A DNA stretch of 64,000 bases, from positions 43,527,018 through 43,591,017 of the forward strand of contig NC_068991.1 in NCBI RefSeq assembly GCF_001194135.2. Direction: 5' to 3'. Both the position numbers and the translations under genes were made by a program. Below, one piece after another: positions 52,000-64,000 of this stretch (position 1 is its first letter; each line of letters begins with the position of its first letter). The stretch comes from Octopus bimaculoides. Lineage: Eukaryota. The notes beneath the pieces are model-generated. The model had not been told where the DNA came from. It was given only the letters and a program-made list of their open reading frames with translations, and did no database searches.

Positions 52000-54900
52000 T
52001 TGCTTTCATCGTAAGGTTAGTTGTTACATTGCTTTGCTGTTATTGCTATAATTGTGTTGGTTGTTTTCCCGTAATTGTAACGTTGTTGAAATTTTTACAT
52101 ATATTGTGAATTGTGATCCTCCCACTTCGGGGGAAGAAATATTGTATGAATTGAATCGAATTGTGTTTTCATTAGTGGGAAACTGAACATTATTTTTCTC
52201 CGTTATACGGAATTGTTTTGTTTAAAAAAAAAAAGAAAATATGGCTTCTATGGAAGTACAAAATAATATGAATTTTGCCGTGGCCGTGAACTGATTAATT
52301 TAAAGATTGAAGAAATTCAAGCCTTTTACGGGATGATCTCCGAAAAGGATGGCGAAGCTAAAATCACACCACCCAGCGAATTGCAGATCAAAATAAAGGA
52401 AAAAACAATAATATATAAAACATATAATGCAGAAACCGAGAGATTTGAACACTTGGAGGGGGGAACTATAGAGAAGTGTCTTGGCACTACAATTAGAAAA
52501 ATTAAATATCTAACAAGAGGGACAAAATTTGCCACAATAGAAGCCTGGTTCGAGTCGACAGAGCGGGCGAAAGAATATTCGGCTCGGACTCTGCAAAGTG
52601 GCAAAATACTATTACTCCCTTTATACCTGGGGAGAAGGACGTCCTGGATAAAAATTAAAAATATCCCCCCCCCCCTCAGGCAGAGGTAGGCTGGATCCTG
52701 GCTACCCTGCTTTGCAAGAGAGAAGACAAAATTAAAATAATCCAGATAACCAGAGATGGACCACAAAATTGGCGGGGTCAGACCCTCGTGATTCTGGCCC
52801 AGGCCACGAGCAACGACCTTGAAGACTTACCAGAAATAATAGTCATGAAAGATATGAACATCCCCATACACGTAGAAGGCAGGAAACCAAGATACTTTAA
52901 GTGTGGTAAGAAAGGCCACATAAAGGAGAACTGCCCAGGAAATAAAAAAGTAAACCAGCCTACCTCTGCCCCCTCCTCCAAGGAAGATGACCCCAAGAGG
53001 GAACATCAGCATTAAAAAAAAAAAACCCAAAGCAAAAGAGGTTGTACCCGCAGCTAGAACCAATACAGAAACCAAAGAAGGTGCACTCCCGGCCACGGAG
53101 GCCGTAGCAAAGAATGCAACCACCAAAGAGGGTGAACTCCCGGCCAAGGAGGCTGTTACCAGGAGTTCACCCCATCAAGAAGTGGCGCCTACAAGAGGGA
53201 CCACCTCGTACGAGTACATTACAGATAGCGAGGAGGAAAAACAGGAACCTACAGACGGTTATAAAGTTTGTTCAAGGAAAAGACCCAAAAAAACCGACTC
53301 CCCGAATAAGGAGCAGGATAGCGTGGGCTCAACAGATAGAAAAGGAAACTCTTGCCTCATCGATCTGCTGAAGCGTTTCAGGCTGGCAGATCGATACAGA
53401 CTTGACCACCCCAGTGTGGACCTGGGCAAGAAGTGACGGAATGGTCAGGTCTTACATAGACAGGATAGTGGTAAGCATTAGAGATAGACACAGTTTCAGT
53501 TGTCCACAATTTACATACGTACCCTACACAGATTAGTGACGTATAGGGTGATTATAGATAAGATACATAGACAGGGATCTGGCTACTGGAAGCTGAACAA
53601 GACTTTATTGAATTGCGAGGTTTACCGTAGCTAGATTAAGGAGTTAGTGAAGAGGGCACTTACCGGCGCTGTTATCAACAACCGGTGGTGGGGTGCCCTC
53701 AAAAAAGCCCTTCGATTTGAGTCAATTACATTTAGCAGTTAAGTCTAGAATAGAAAGGGATTTAGTTAAGGCATTGAGAACGGGCTCTGCATCACAAGTG
53801 TTGGCGGCGAGATCGGCACTGGACCGATACCTCAATGCCAAACATGAAGGATGCAGAGTCCGGGCTAGGACATGTGCAATGGGACGTGAAGGTATCAATA
53901 TTGCTAGATGGGCTCGCTCGGAAGAAACCTGTCGTGGCATCAATGCTACGATCGGGTCTTTGACAGATGAGTCCGGACAAGAGATCCAAGGACAAGAGGA
54001 GAAGTGTAAAGCCTTTCACAAGCACTTTTCCACATTGTTCGGGAGGGATGGGATGTTGGACTATGGGGATGCCTTACGGCATTTTCTGAACGGTAGCCCG
54101 CGTCTTTCGACATGTGACGCTGAGCACTGCGAAGGACCAATCACAGCCAAGGAAATCAGAGAGGTGCTGTCCGAGAGCCCCGGGGACAAGTCGCCGGGTC
54201 TGGATGGTCTTCCCTACGAATTTTACAGTAGCATACCAGACTTGTTCGGGGACATACTGGCCAGTGTGTATACGAATTAGCAGCAGAACAGGAGGATTCC
54301 CAAAGCTGTGAGCTGAGGAGTAGTGACACTGTTCAGGAAAGACCCAAGCAAGGGGAATAACATTAATAACTTTAGGCCCATAACTCTGTTAAACACAGAG
54401 TTAAAGATTTTGGCCAAGGTGTTACCCAAGAGAGTGAGGCTTGCCGTGGGCGATCTGGTGGGAGAGGCACAGACATGTGCCATCCAAGGAAGGACGATAC
54501 ATGACAACCTTCACCTCATTCGCTACACCATAGAGCGGATGGGTAAAGTTCCTGGTAAAGGTGAGGCCAGTCTAAGGCAGTCAATAGGATTGACCATCGG
54601 TATCTGGCGTGGTTGGACTGGGCCCGACTTTTCGTGGCTAGATCGAAGCCTTGTATAGCAACATTGAATCAGTTGTCTGGGTGAACGGGTTCTTCTCGAA
54701 TCCATTCGCGATCGAGTGTTCAGTTCGCCAGGGATGCCCCCTGTCCCCGCTCCTGTATGTATTGACTCTTGAGAGATTGGGGAATGTGGGAGGAGACCCG
54801 CATGATCTATGTTACGGTAGAGGAGCGACGGCATATGTGGATGATGTCACCGTCATCGTGTCTGATGAAGGGCAGCTACCTCATGTAGAAGACTCCATCA

Positions 54901-56326
54901 AAGGATACGAAGCAGTTGTAGGGGCAAAAATTAACCAGGATAAATCAGTCGGCTTGCAATTCAGCACTTGACGTGGTAAGTCGATGCCTCCCAACAGCGT
55001 CGTTGGATGCTGGATGGAGGGCCCGGTTAAATTGCTCGGAGTCTGGTTTGGGCCAGATTTCCAGATGGAGAAAACCTGGAGCAAGGTGACGGCCATAACC
55101 CAGACCTGGTCTGGGAGGACGTTATCCTTGCTAAGGAGGGCCAAGGTTGTACAGGTGTTTATAGCATCTGTAATAACCTACCACCTAACCATTGTGCCTT
55201 GTCCCGGTGTGTGGCTGACTAAATTGGAACGGATCCTTTTCCGCTTTTTGTGGAAAAGGAAAACACCACTTGTGAGGTGCTCCATCAGCTGCCAGAAACC
55301 GCAAGGATGCCGTGGCTGATGATGCGCTGAGGCTGAGAGATCTCTGGCACTACCTGGATGATGAACAGGTGTGGTCACCGCATGCCAAGCTCCTTTTCCC
55401 ACAATTGACATCCCTTGGGGACGTAGGCACATGAATCAAGTAGGAGACCTAGAATGGCAGAGGGAGTGTAGACAAGCACTCTGTTCTCCCAGGCGAGCAG
55501 TACCGGCAACGGGGCTACCACTGCAGATTTTTATAGAGGGTCGCGAGGGTTAGACGACGTCCTAGGGGAGGCTTTGGGCTTCGATGAGGAACAGCAACTA
55601 GCCTGTTCAGAAAGACATTCGGGCCAAGGTATCTGGATAATTTCCAGAAATCCCTGGCTTGGTTGTGCTACCCATCAGCCTTGCCGGTTCAAGAGAGGTT
55701 GTTGAGACATGGGTTTGGCACCTCCCTATGCCCGAGGTGCAGGTGCGTCAGTGAAACTGTCACGCACGCCTTCATGCATTTTGAGGAGCTGAAGCAATTG
55801 ATAATCTATGGCTCTCGACTGAGTCCATGATTAAGGTCGTACCGCCTTCCTCCTTTAATAAGGAAAGGAAGGCATCTTTTCTCTGCGTAGTTGCCATACT
55901 GAGAGTGTGGATGACTCGTGTAAAAGTAATTGAGATAGGCAACTTTATCTCCGGACACGGCTTGATAAGTTATTTTAACTACCACCTGACAAGAAAGATC
56001 TGTCTGGAGAAAAGAAAGATACATCTGCCTCAAAGAGTGTTCCAGAAAAGATGGATAACTGTAGTAAGGAAGCTGAGAGTGAATGGGGTCGTGCTAGTGT
56101 AACCGGTCAAGGCGAAAAACTAAGGAAAAAAAAGAACGAAAAACTAAGGAAAAAACCGGCGGGTTAAATAAAAACCCAAGAACTCTATTTTAATCATTTA
56201 ATTTTTATTTCCGATTTATCGTATCGATTTATTCAATTTTTACCATGATTGTAACCCCAGCCCTGTGTAAAGACTGACTTTTGTTCTGTCCCTTCTATGT
56301 ATGCCCCTTTAGGCAAGTAAAGAAAT
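52000..56326 (+). mobile_element. Second Tx1/L1-clade LINE (divergent subfamily) with an internal deletion
   Basis: ORF1 EGRKPRYFKCGKKGHIKENCP; APE remnant LLKRFRLADRYRLDHP; RT DKSPGLDGLP, FRPITLLNTELKILAK, VRQGCPLSP, YVDDV; C-terminal CPRC...ETVTHAFMH. The 5' boundary is approximate. Confidence 0.92.
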
Positions 56327-56389
56327 TCCGCCATGTGCGCCTATTGTTTGTTGTTGGCATCAACCAGAATTATCAGCCACTGAAGACAT

Positions 56390-56792
56390 TTGCAAAAGCA
56401 AACGGCTCGTAAATCTACCGGAGGAAAAGTTCCTCGTAAACAACTTTCCACTAGGACAGCCTGGAAGAGTGCCCTAGCAACAGGTGGTGTTAAAAAAACC
56501 TCATCGTTACAGCCAGGTACTGTAGCTCTCCGTGAGATCAGCCATTACCAAAAATCTACAGAACTTCTCATCAGGAAGCTTCCCATCCAGTGTCTTGTAC
56601 GTGAGATCGCTCCGGATTTCAAGACAGATTTTCATTTACTGAGCTCTGCCGTGGGGGCTCTTCAAGAAGCTAGTGAGGCTTATTTAGTCGGTCTTTTTGA
56701 AGATACCAATCTGTGTGCCATCCACACCAAGCAAGTGACCATCATGCCTAAAGATATCCAACTCATCCGCTGTATTCGTGATGAAAGTTTAA
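56390..56792 (+). pseudogene. H3: Histone H3 pseudogene (no ATG, many substitutions, compensating indels)
   Basis: [17 protein letters not shown]...[24 protein letters not shown]. Decayed stem-loop GGCCGTTTTCAGGACC at 56819-56834. Confidence 0.92.
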
Positions 56793-57002
56793 GTGGCAGG
56801 AGTTTCTGCTTCTACAATGGCCGTTTTCAGGACCCCAGTATTTTCGCTGGAAATATCTTCTACCTGTTATTGATGTAACGATAAAGTTTTTATTTTTAAG
56901 TCGAGGGTCACCAATTGTAACGATGATAATTTGTGTAGTTACCAATTGTAATGAGTAAGATTGATTAGGTACACAATAATATGAAATGTCAGAGTTAGCA
57001 GT

Positions 57003-57583
57003 TGTGACGATAAAAATTTGTTGTTATAACGACATGTTGCAGGATGTGAAAGATGAACAATACATGGAGTTTTAAGAAAGTATTTATTTACCGTTACGTT
57101 ACAATACTTTGCCTCGACGGGCAGGTTATGATAGATCCAAAAGCATGCGAAGTAAAGTTTGTGTTTGTGTCCTCTTCATTGTTTAGTAGTAATTACAGAG
57201 AGAGATAGAATGATGTTGTAAGAGAACAGAATTAGAGCTAGTGAGAGTTGTAGGGTGTGGGACATTGTCTCACAGTTGCTGACAGTAAACTTCATTTCTC
57301 CCTCTGGCTAAGGTTCTAGCTGGTCAACCAGACTTCCTTCTCATTGAGTCGTCACCATGTGACTGAACTCGTTGAGTCATCACCAACTGATTTTTGCTTG
57401 AGGTCTTCTTGCTTTTATAACTATCCAGATGGATAGACATATCATTGAGAACAATAGATTTAGTTGGTGGTCTTGTTATCTCTATTCTATTCTAGCTTTT
57501 GGTGAAGTAGAAAGGGTCAAGTGGTAAAGACGTTATTTCGGCCTAGCTAAAGGCAATCTTGAAAATGTAAAACTACTGTCACA
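57003..57583 (-). mobile_element. Possible solo LTR
   Basis: Terminal inverted TGTGAC/GTCACA. On the minus strand a TATA-like TTATAAAAG (~57415) is followed about 330 bp later by AATAAA (~57083). No target-site duplication found. Confidence 0.4.
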
Positions 57584-58368
57584 GAAAAACCATTGTTCCA
57601 CCGTGGGAAAAGTTCTGTTGCAGTGTTAATTTAAATTTGGCTATGGTGGATCGAATCCACTTCATGCATGCAAGATCCACTACATTGATTTGAGTAGGGT
57701 GTTACCGTTTTTAGTTTGTCTTTCGTGATCGTATCTCTGCAAAATGTTTAAATTTTCCAAGCTATCCTGTTCATCTTACCTGACATGTGCAATGATTATA
57801 AGCGACTGTTAAAAAGGTATGGACGTATATAATTGAACATTGTAATCTACATTAAAAAACATTTTAAAACTCCCCATACACCCAATTTAATCATAGTTTC
57901 AAAAGATTGACAGTCCGAATCTGCTGTTTGATCCGGAATTTTCAAGGTGTCCTTAGAAATCTCTGGAGCATCTTTTAAAATTTTTTCCTCTCTTCGGATT
58001 GATTTTAGTCGATTTTGTGGACACTATGCACTTAAAAACTATAGGAGAAGCCTTTTCAGTAAAACAAAAAATACTTTCAGACAAAAAGGTATGTGATTTA
58101 AGTGAGATTTGACTTGTTTCTAGCATATCCCATGACCTGTAAGGTGTAGGGTTGATAAGAATTACATTTTCAAAAAAAATTTTTTTAATAGCATAAACTC
58201 GTGCTATTAATGGGGAAAATTCGGCATTCTTTCGTCCTTCTACCAAAAGAATGCCGAAAAACCTTTACTTGTCAGAGTAATGTTTACAAGTACACCAGCA
58301 TGCAAAAATCAACCTTTTTTTTTTCATTTATTTTCAGTGGATTTCTGTTTTCACTGACGGAGATTCCG

Positions 58369-60340
58369 AATATTGAAAAAGCATGGAAGAGATACCTCGA
58401 CGATTGCTTTATAATCTGGACAAAATCTCAAAACACTGCGGAAGAATTCAACACCCTCCTGAACAACCTACACCCATCCATCCAATTTACAAAGAAGATG
58501 AGCAGTACCAAATTACCATTTCTAGATATAATGGTAGTTAAAAAGAACACCGCCATTACCACAGATATATATTATAAACACACAGATACACACCAATACC
58601 TGAATTTTAAATCGTGCCATCCACCCCATACAAAACACAACATCCCATACTGCTTAGCCAGGAGAATCTGTACCATTGTAGAGGATCTAGNNNNNNNNNN
58701 NNNNNNNNNNNNNNNNNNNNNNNNNNNNNNNNNNNNNNNNNNNNNNNNNNNNNNNNNNNNNNNNNNNNNNNNNNNNNNNNNNNNNNNNNNNNNNNNNNNN
58801 NNNNNNNNNNNNNNNNNNNNNNNNNNNNNNNNNNNNNNNNNNNNNNNNNNNNNNNNNNNNNNNNNNNNNNNNNNNNNNNNNNNNNNNNNNNNNNNNNNNN
58901 NNNNNNNNNNNNNNNNNNNNNNNNNNNNNNNNNNNNNNNNNNNNNNNNNNNNNNNNNNNNNNNNNNNNNNNNNNNNNNNNNNNNNNNNNNNNNNNNNNNN
59001 NNNNNNNNNNNNNNNNNNNNNNNNNNNNNNNNNAATATTGAAAAAGCATGGAAGAGATACCTCGACGATTGCTTTATAATCTGGACAAAATCTCAAAACA
59101 CTGCGGAAGAATTCAACACCCTCCTGAACAACCTACACCCATCCATCCAATTTACAAAGAAGATGAGCAGTACCAAATTACCATTTCTAGATATAATGGT
59201 AGTTAAAAAGAACACCGCCATTACCACAGATATATATTATAAACACACAGATACACACCAATACCTGAATTTTAAATCGTGCCATCCACCCCATACAAAA
59301 CACAACATCCCATACTGCTTAGCCAGGAGAATCTGTACCATTGTAGAGGATCTAGAGACCAGAAATCAGTGCGTGATGGAACTGAAAGAATTTCTGCTGA
59401 AGCAAAAGTACCCGTCACTACTCATAGAAAATGGTATTCAGCGGGCTTCGAAAATACCCATACAACAACTGAGGACACCGCAAAGAAGAGAAAAACAAGA
59501 AAAAATCATACCATTTATAGTGACACACAATCCATGCCACCAGAATATCTTCAATATCGCTAAAGCGAACTTACCAATCCTTGCACAGTAAGGAATTGAG
59601 AAATATTACAGATCAAAGTATAACTCTCAGTTAGAGACAACCTAAAAACTTGAAAAAGCTATTAACAAAGACAAGGTTTGACCTCAGCAACAAAAATCAA
59701 ACATTCACTGTGTCCAAATGCAATGATAGCCGATGCGATACATGCCAATAAATTCTTACCGGCCCATATATGAACACAAAAACGGAAAATATTCACCAAT
59801 GCGAACACGAACTGCAAAAGTAGAAATCTAATCTACTGCATCAAATGCCCTAATTGTGAAGAACTGTATGTTGGCCAGACAGGTAATGCACTATCGGAAT
59901 GCTCACGTATGCATCGACAGCAGATTAAAAACCCAGATGTCCGCCAAATACCACTGAGTAACCATCTGGCAACATGTGGTCGTGAAACTTTTATGATATT
60001 TCCATTCCATAAACTTTACAACCTGAATGAAATTGAGAGAAAACGCAAAGAGAAGGACTTTATTAAGAAATTCAAACTCACTCTTAACAAACAATGATTA
60101 AATTAATTTTACTTGGGGTTTAAAAATCTTATTCCTATAACTAAAACACAAAAAAATCTCTCAAATGTCATCATTTCTAAAAATAAACTTAGCATCATCT
60201 CTAAAAATAGCCAAACACCTACTACTGCTGTCCAAAGGAATATGTATAAAAGACAAAAGAACAGCCAGTCTACTATAGTGCATCTGTCAGATGGGACCTT
60301 GATGACTGCCATGAAGCAGGAAAGTATACTAGTCCTTATA
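58369..60340 (+). mobile_element. 5'-truncated Penelope-like element (RT C-terminus plus GIY-YIG endonuclease), disrupted
   Basis: WKRYLDDCFIIW, YYKHTDTHQYL, RQPKNLKKLL, CNDSRCDTC and NLIYCIKCPNCEELYVGQT. Stop at 59589 and frameshifts. 58369-58690 is repeated after the gap. Confidence 0.92.
60294..60335 (+). ncRNA. Degenerate minimal type I hammerhead ribozyme motif in the Penelope 3' region
   Basis: GGAC-CTTGATGA-CTGC(CATGAA)GCAG-GAAA-GTATACT-A-GTCC. Stem I GGAC/GTCC, stem II CTGC/GCAG, palindromic AGTATACT helix III. One extra T in the core. Confidence 0.55.
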
Positions 60341-61419
60341 TATTTAATACTCAATATTTCATATATTCAATAAGACATTCAATACTTCATTTCATTTTAT
60401 TATTTATATTATATATTCCATATTCTATATCCCACATTAATTTTATAAGAATATAAATAAAACATAAAAAAACAGACATAGTTTGGCGTAGCCTGACCTT
60501 TCTTTCTTGGTTCGACTACCATCTGTGCAACATCTATATTCCTCCCCATGCCTGTCATCTCTTATGTCCCTGCCATTAGGCTTCACTTCCACACATGCCA
60601 GCTTAATTTAATTTGTCCTTAGTCGAAAGACACCTGTTGTTAATGTGTTGTTATTTTCATTTGTATTTGTGTACCATTTCTCCGTTTTTTTGTTTTTTTT
60701 TCCGTCCTTGTTTTCGTATGCATTCGCTGCTTTCTTCCAGGGAATCTAGTGCTCTTAGCTTAGTTTTTCCTTGGGGCTGGCCAGATTGGAGCAATCTCGA
60801 CTATAACCAGCCAAAATTGCAAAGATAATCTGTAATTCGACTGAGGAAAGAAAACTTCGAATGGCCCGTCCTTGTTTTTTCTTGTCCCATTTTTGTATCA
60901 TCTGTCTGGATGTTTTGTTGTCCCCTTTTTTGTGTCATCTGACATTCGGGAAATAGATTCAATTGGAAATCGCTATAAGCAAACAGAAACAGAGCTAGCT
61001 TAAATGAAAATATACTGTTCATCATGAAGCAGAGTTGTGACTGATATCATCTAGAATTTCGCAGAGCAAAATGGGCAGAAATGAAATAGGCTGTTCATGA
61101 TGTAGTAAGTTGAGAGCAGCTAAAAATTTAGAGCTAGTGGCACAAAATTAGTGTGAAAAGGAAGGAGCTGTCATGCTGCTGCTGGTCCTCCATCTTTCCA
61201 CTAACTGATTAAAATTCCTGCTTCACTTCATGCGCAGCAAACTGCCTCTCATATTCATATGCATCCAACCTTGATTGGCTGGTGAATGCCATAGCACAAC
61301 TGTGCTATGATATGACAACTAAAACAGCTTTCCTGACATGCTACAGTACCCCAGCTCAGACTACAAGTCAATACAAGCAACAGTAATGCAGCAAGAAAAA
61401 ATGCAGAACAAAATGTTTA

Positions 61420-64000
61420 AACAAGGGAAAAACATGAATACATTAGGAAAAGCAATATTACAAATGCAAGAAAAGGCAAATATACAAAAATGAGAAAATG
61501 ACAGGCACTTAGGGCCAGTTCATATATGTACAATCTTGCAAGTCTTCTGGGCCAATGGACACAATGACCACTGTGGGTTATCATTCTGTGTGTTGGCAGA
61601 GGTAGGGGAGATGTGTGGCAGGGTGTATAAGGCTCCGGGGTATGAGCATCTGCATGGGCCCTTTTAAGTCTATCAATAGAGACAGTGTCTCTGGAACCAT
61701 TGCAGTAAGTGGTGAAATGTTTGTTAGAAAGAGAAAGAACATGATAAGGTCCTGAGTAAGGTTGGGTGAGGGGACTTCTCATGGCATCATTTCTGATAAA
61801 AATGTGGGTCCATGAGACCTTGGGACTGCATGTTTTATTGTTTGGTGCCAAGTATTCAACGGCGGAAGGTCTTGAAGATATGTTCAAAGGTGGCTCACAT
61901 AAAGCACAGGATCCTGAGTCAATACATCTACTGGGACAAGCATCTGCCCCAATAAAAGCAATGGAACGCTGTTCAGCAGCTCAACTGGAGAGCATCCGAG
62001 ATCTTCCTTGAACAAAGTTCAAATGCCAAGGAGTACTATGGGGAGGTACTCGATCCAGCATTGATTATCAGGATAAGTATGAAATGCAGCTTTCAACTGT
62101 CAATAAAAATGCTCCCCCATTCCATTGGATGCGGGATGGTAACTTGTAGTATGTATCTGATGAGCACCAATGATATTGGTAAGCTCTGAGAAGAGATGGG
62201 ACTCAAATTGTCTACCATGGTCTGTAGTGATGGTGCTACGGACACCATAATACAATATCCAGCTCAATACCAGGGCTCATGCTACAGCGTAAGCAGAAAT
62301 ATCAATTAGACCAGCAAGTGTAACTATCAATACTAGTAAGGATGTAAGTAAGGCCAGGGTCCAACACAATCGATGTAGATGTGGAGGAAATGTGCATCTG
62401 ATGTGCTGAAGGTGCTGAGGGGCACACAAATGTGTTTATGCACTTTTAACCTTTGACAATGGAGACAAGATTAAGACCAGTCAGTGATGTCATGCCTCAT
62501 GTTTGGTCAGAAGAATCTAGTTGTAACAAGCTTCACTGAGGTTGAGGTTTCAGGATGCAGTAGATTATACAGGGCTTCAAAAACAGCTTGTCTATGGGTC
62601 TCTGGAACAAATGGATGAGGTGAATCTGATGATACATCACACAGGGTCTGGTTGGCATGGGGAAGTATTTGAATTTGCATGTCACAAATTTGGGAGAAGA
62701 TTTCTTAATTGAGTCCAGAGGAAAAAAATATTCAGGTCGATATCTGCAGTGGATGCTAAAGAATTAATCAGCAGATGGGACAATGCATCTGCAGCAGTGT
62801 TTGTGCACTGGAGATGAGTTGAATATCATTGGTGAATGGCAATATAAAGTCAAGGTGTTGAGTCTCGCTTGGTGAGTACTTTTCTGGCTTGGAACTGCTT
62901 CACAGAAAGGTAGATCGGCAACAGTTCATGACTGAACATGCTGTAACGTGTTTCAGCAAGTTTCAGCTTCTGAGAAAAAAAGCAAGAGGTTGCAAGTGTT
63001 GCTGTAAAACAGCACAAATTGCAGTATCTGATGCATCTACCACAAGTGAAAGCTTTGCATCAGAGACAGGGTGTGCAAGGAGAGATGCTTTAGGGACCTC
63101 ATGTTTTACAGTGTCAAAAGCTTTGATTTGAATAGGAGTCAGTGAAATAGTTTCATTCTTCTTGCATTGGTTCTTGTGAAGCTCATTGAATGGAAACAGG
63201 AGTCCAGCACAGTCAGGAATGAATCAATGATAGAAGTTAAGTAAGCCAAGGAAGTGGTGTAACTGATGAAGAGAAGTCAGAGGGGGAATGTCCTCAATAG
63301 CTCGCGCTTTGTCTGGTAGAAGTTGAATGCCATCTTTGTCTATGAATTGACCAAGAAACACATTTAGCCGGGTTAATTCACACTTTATATTGGGTAAGGC
63401 ACTGGAAAAGTAACCTTAAATGACAAGCATGTTCTGCTGAAGCACTGGCAATTAGGAGATCATTGATATAGGCATAGATGAAATCCAGTCCATGAATGAC
63501 TTTGTCTATGAACTGTTGAAATGTGCTGACAGCATTTCGGAGGCCAAATGACAGTCAAGAATCTGAACGAGCCAAATGGGGTTGTTACTGCCATCTTCGG
63601 AATGTCTTCAGGGTGGACATGGATCTGATGGTAAGCCTTTATCAGATCAAGTTTGGAAAACAGTACAGCAACGCAGTGAGGAAGCAAAATCTTGAAGGTG
63701 AGAAATTGGATACCTATCAGGAATAGTGATAGCATCGAGACACTTAAAATCCCCAGTTGGACACAGAGTTCTTGAGAACCATGTGAAGCAGAGAAGCCTA
63801 CTGACTTGTGGAAAGGCAGAGATTCCGAGCTGCAGTATGTAATTAAACTCGGCTTTCGCTACCTTAAACTTTTCCAGAGGCAGATGATGAGGACAGGTAA
63901 ACACTGATGCACCATTCCTTGAGATAAAATGTTCTGTGGAGTGAGCCAGAGTATTCACTTGGAAATTCAAAAATACCTTTTCTGACATGCTACGAACTTG
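61420..64000 (-). mobile_element. Ty3/gypsy LTR retrotransposon pol remnant (RT-RNase H-integrase), decayed
   Basis: [11 protein letters not shown]...TTPFG (RT, ~63600), DASDTAICAVLQQ (RNase H, ~63020), CHPASNG (~62135) and YSGPYHVL...VSIDRLK (integrase, ~61670-61760), in gypsy domain order. Confidence 0.88.

Noticed and set aside
40388-56834. Functional link between the SETDB1-cofactor gene and the adjacent histone relics
   Set aside because: Only proximity supports it, and the histone genes are mostly decayed.
58369-59357. Apparently identical 320-bp Penelope duplication either side of the gap
   Set aside because: The post-gap contig starts at exactly the base where the first copy begins, and the copies look identical. 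This is most likely an unmerged contig overlap rather than a pseudo-LTR tandem; long reads would settle it.

Overview
AT-rich, microsatellite- and SINE-dense animal genomic DNA. The repeat families look octopus/cephalopod-like; this is an inference from remembered consensus sequences, not a search. There are five N gaps. One well-supported spliced host gene lies on the + strand, with CDS exons at 22330-22746, 36974-37095 and 40166-40388 (762 nt, 253 aa, all splice phases consistent). It joins a CENP-B/Tc5 (pogo/Tigger)-type transposase HTH domain to the ARL14EP (ARF7EP_C) cysteine-rich domain. This apparent transposase-DBD/SETDB1-cofactor fusion is the most interesting object in the window. 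Downstream is a decayed replication-dependent histone cluster: H2B with a homopolymer frameshift, a 5'-deleted H4 and an H3 pseudogene, all with 3' stem-loops. A Tx1/L1-clade LINE sits between the divergent H4 and H3. The rest is mobile DNA: a second Tx1 LINE flanked by (ATT)n, CR1-like and RTE fossils, DD37D/maT mariner fragments, a Penelope element with a hammerhead-like motif, a Ty3/gypsy remnant, a possible solo LTR, at least three SINE families and a 28-bp minisatellite. A tRNA-headed element with hammerhead-bearing inverted arms and a near-perfect templated inversion also occur. Repeat boundaries were estimated by eye and are approximate.
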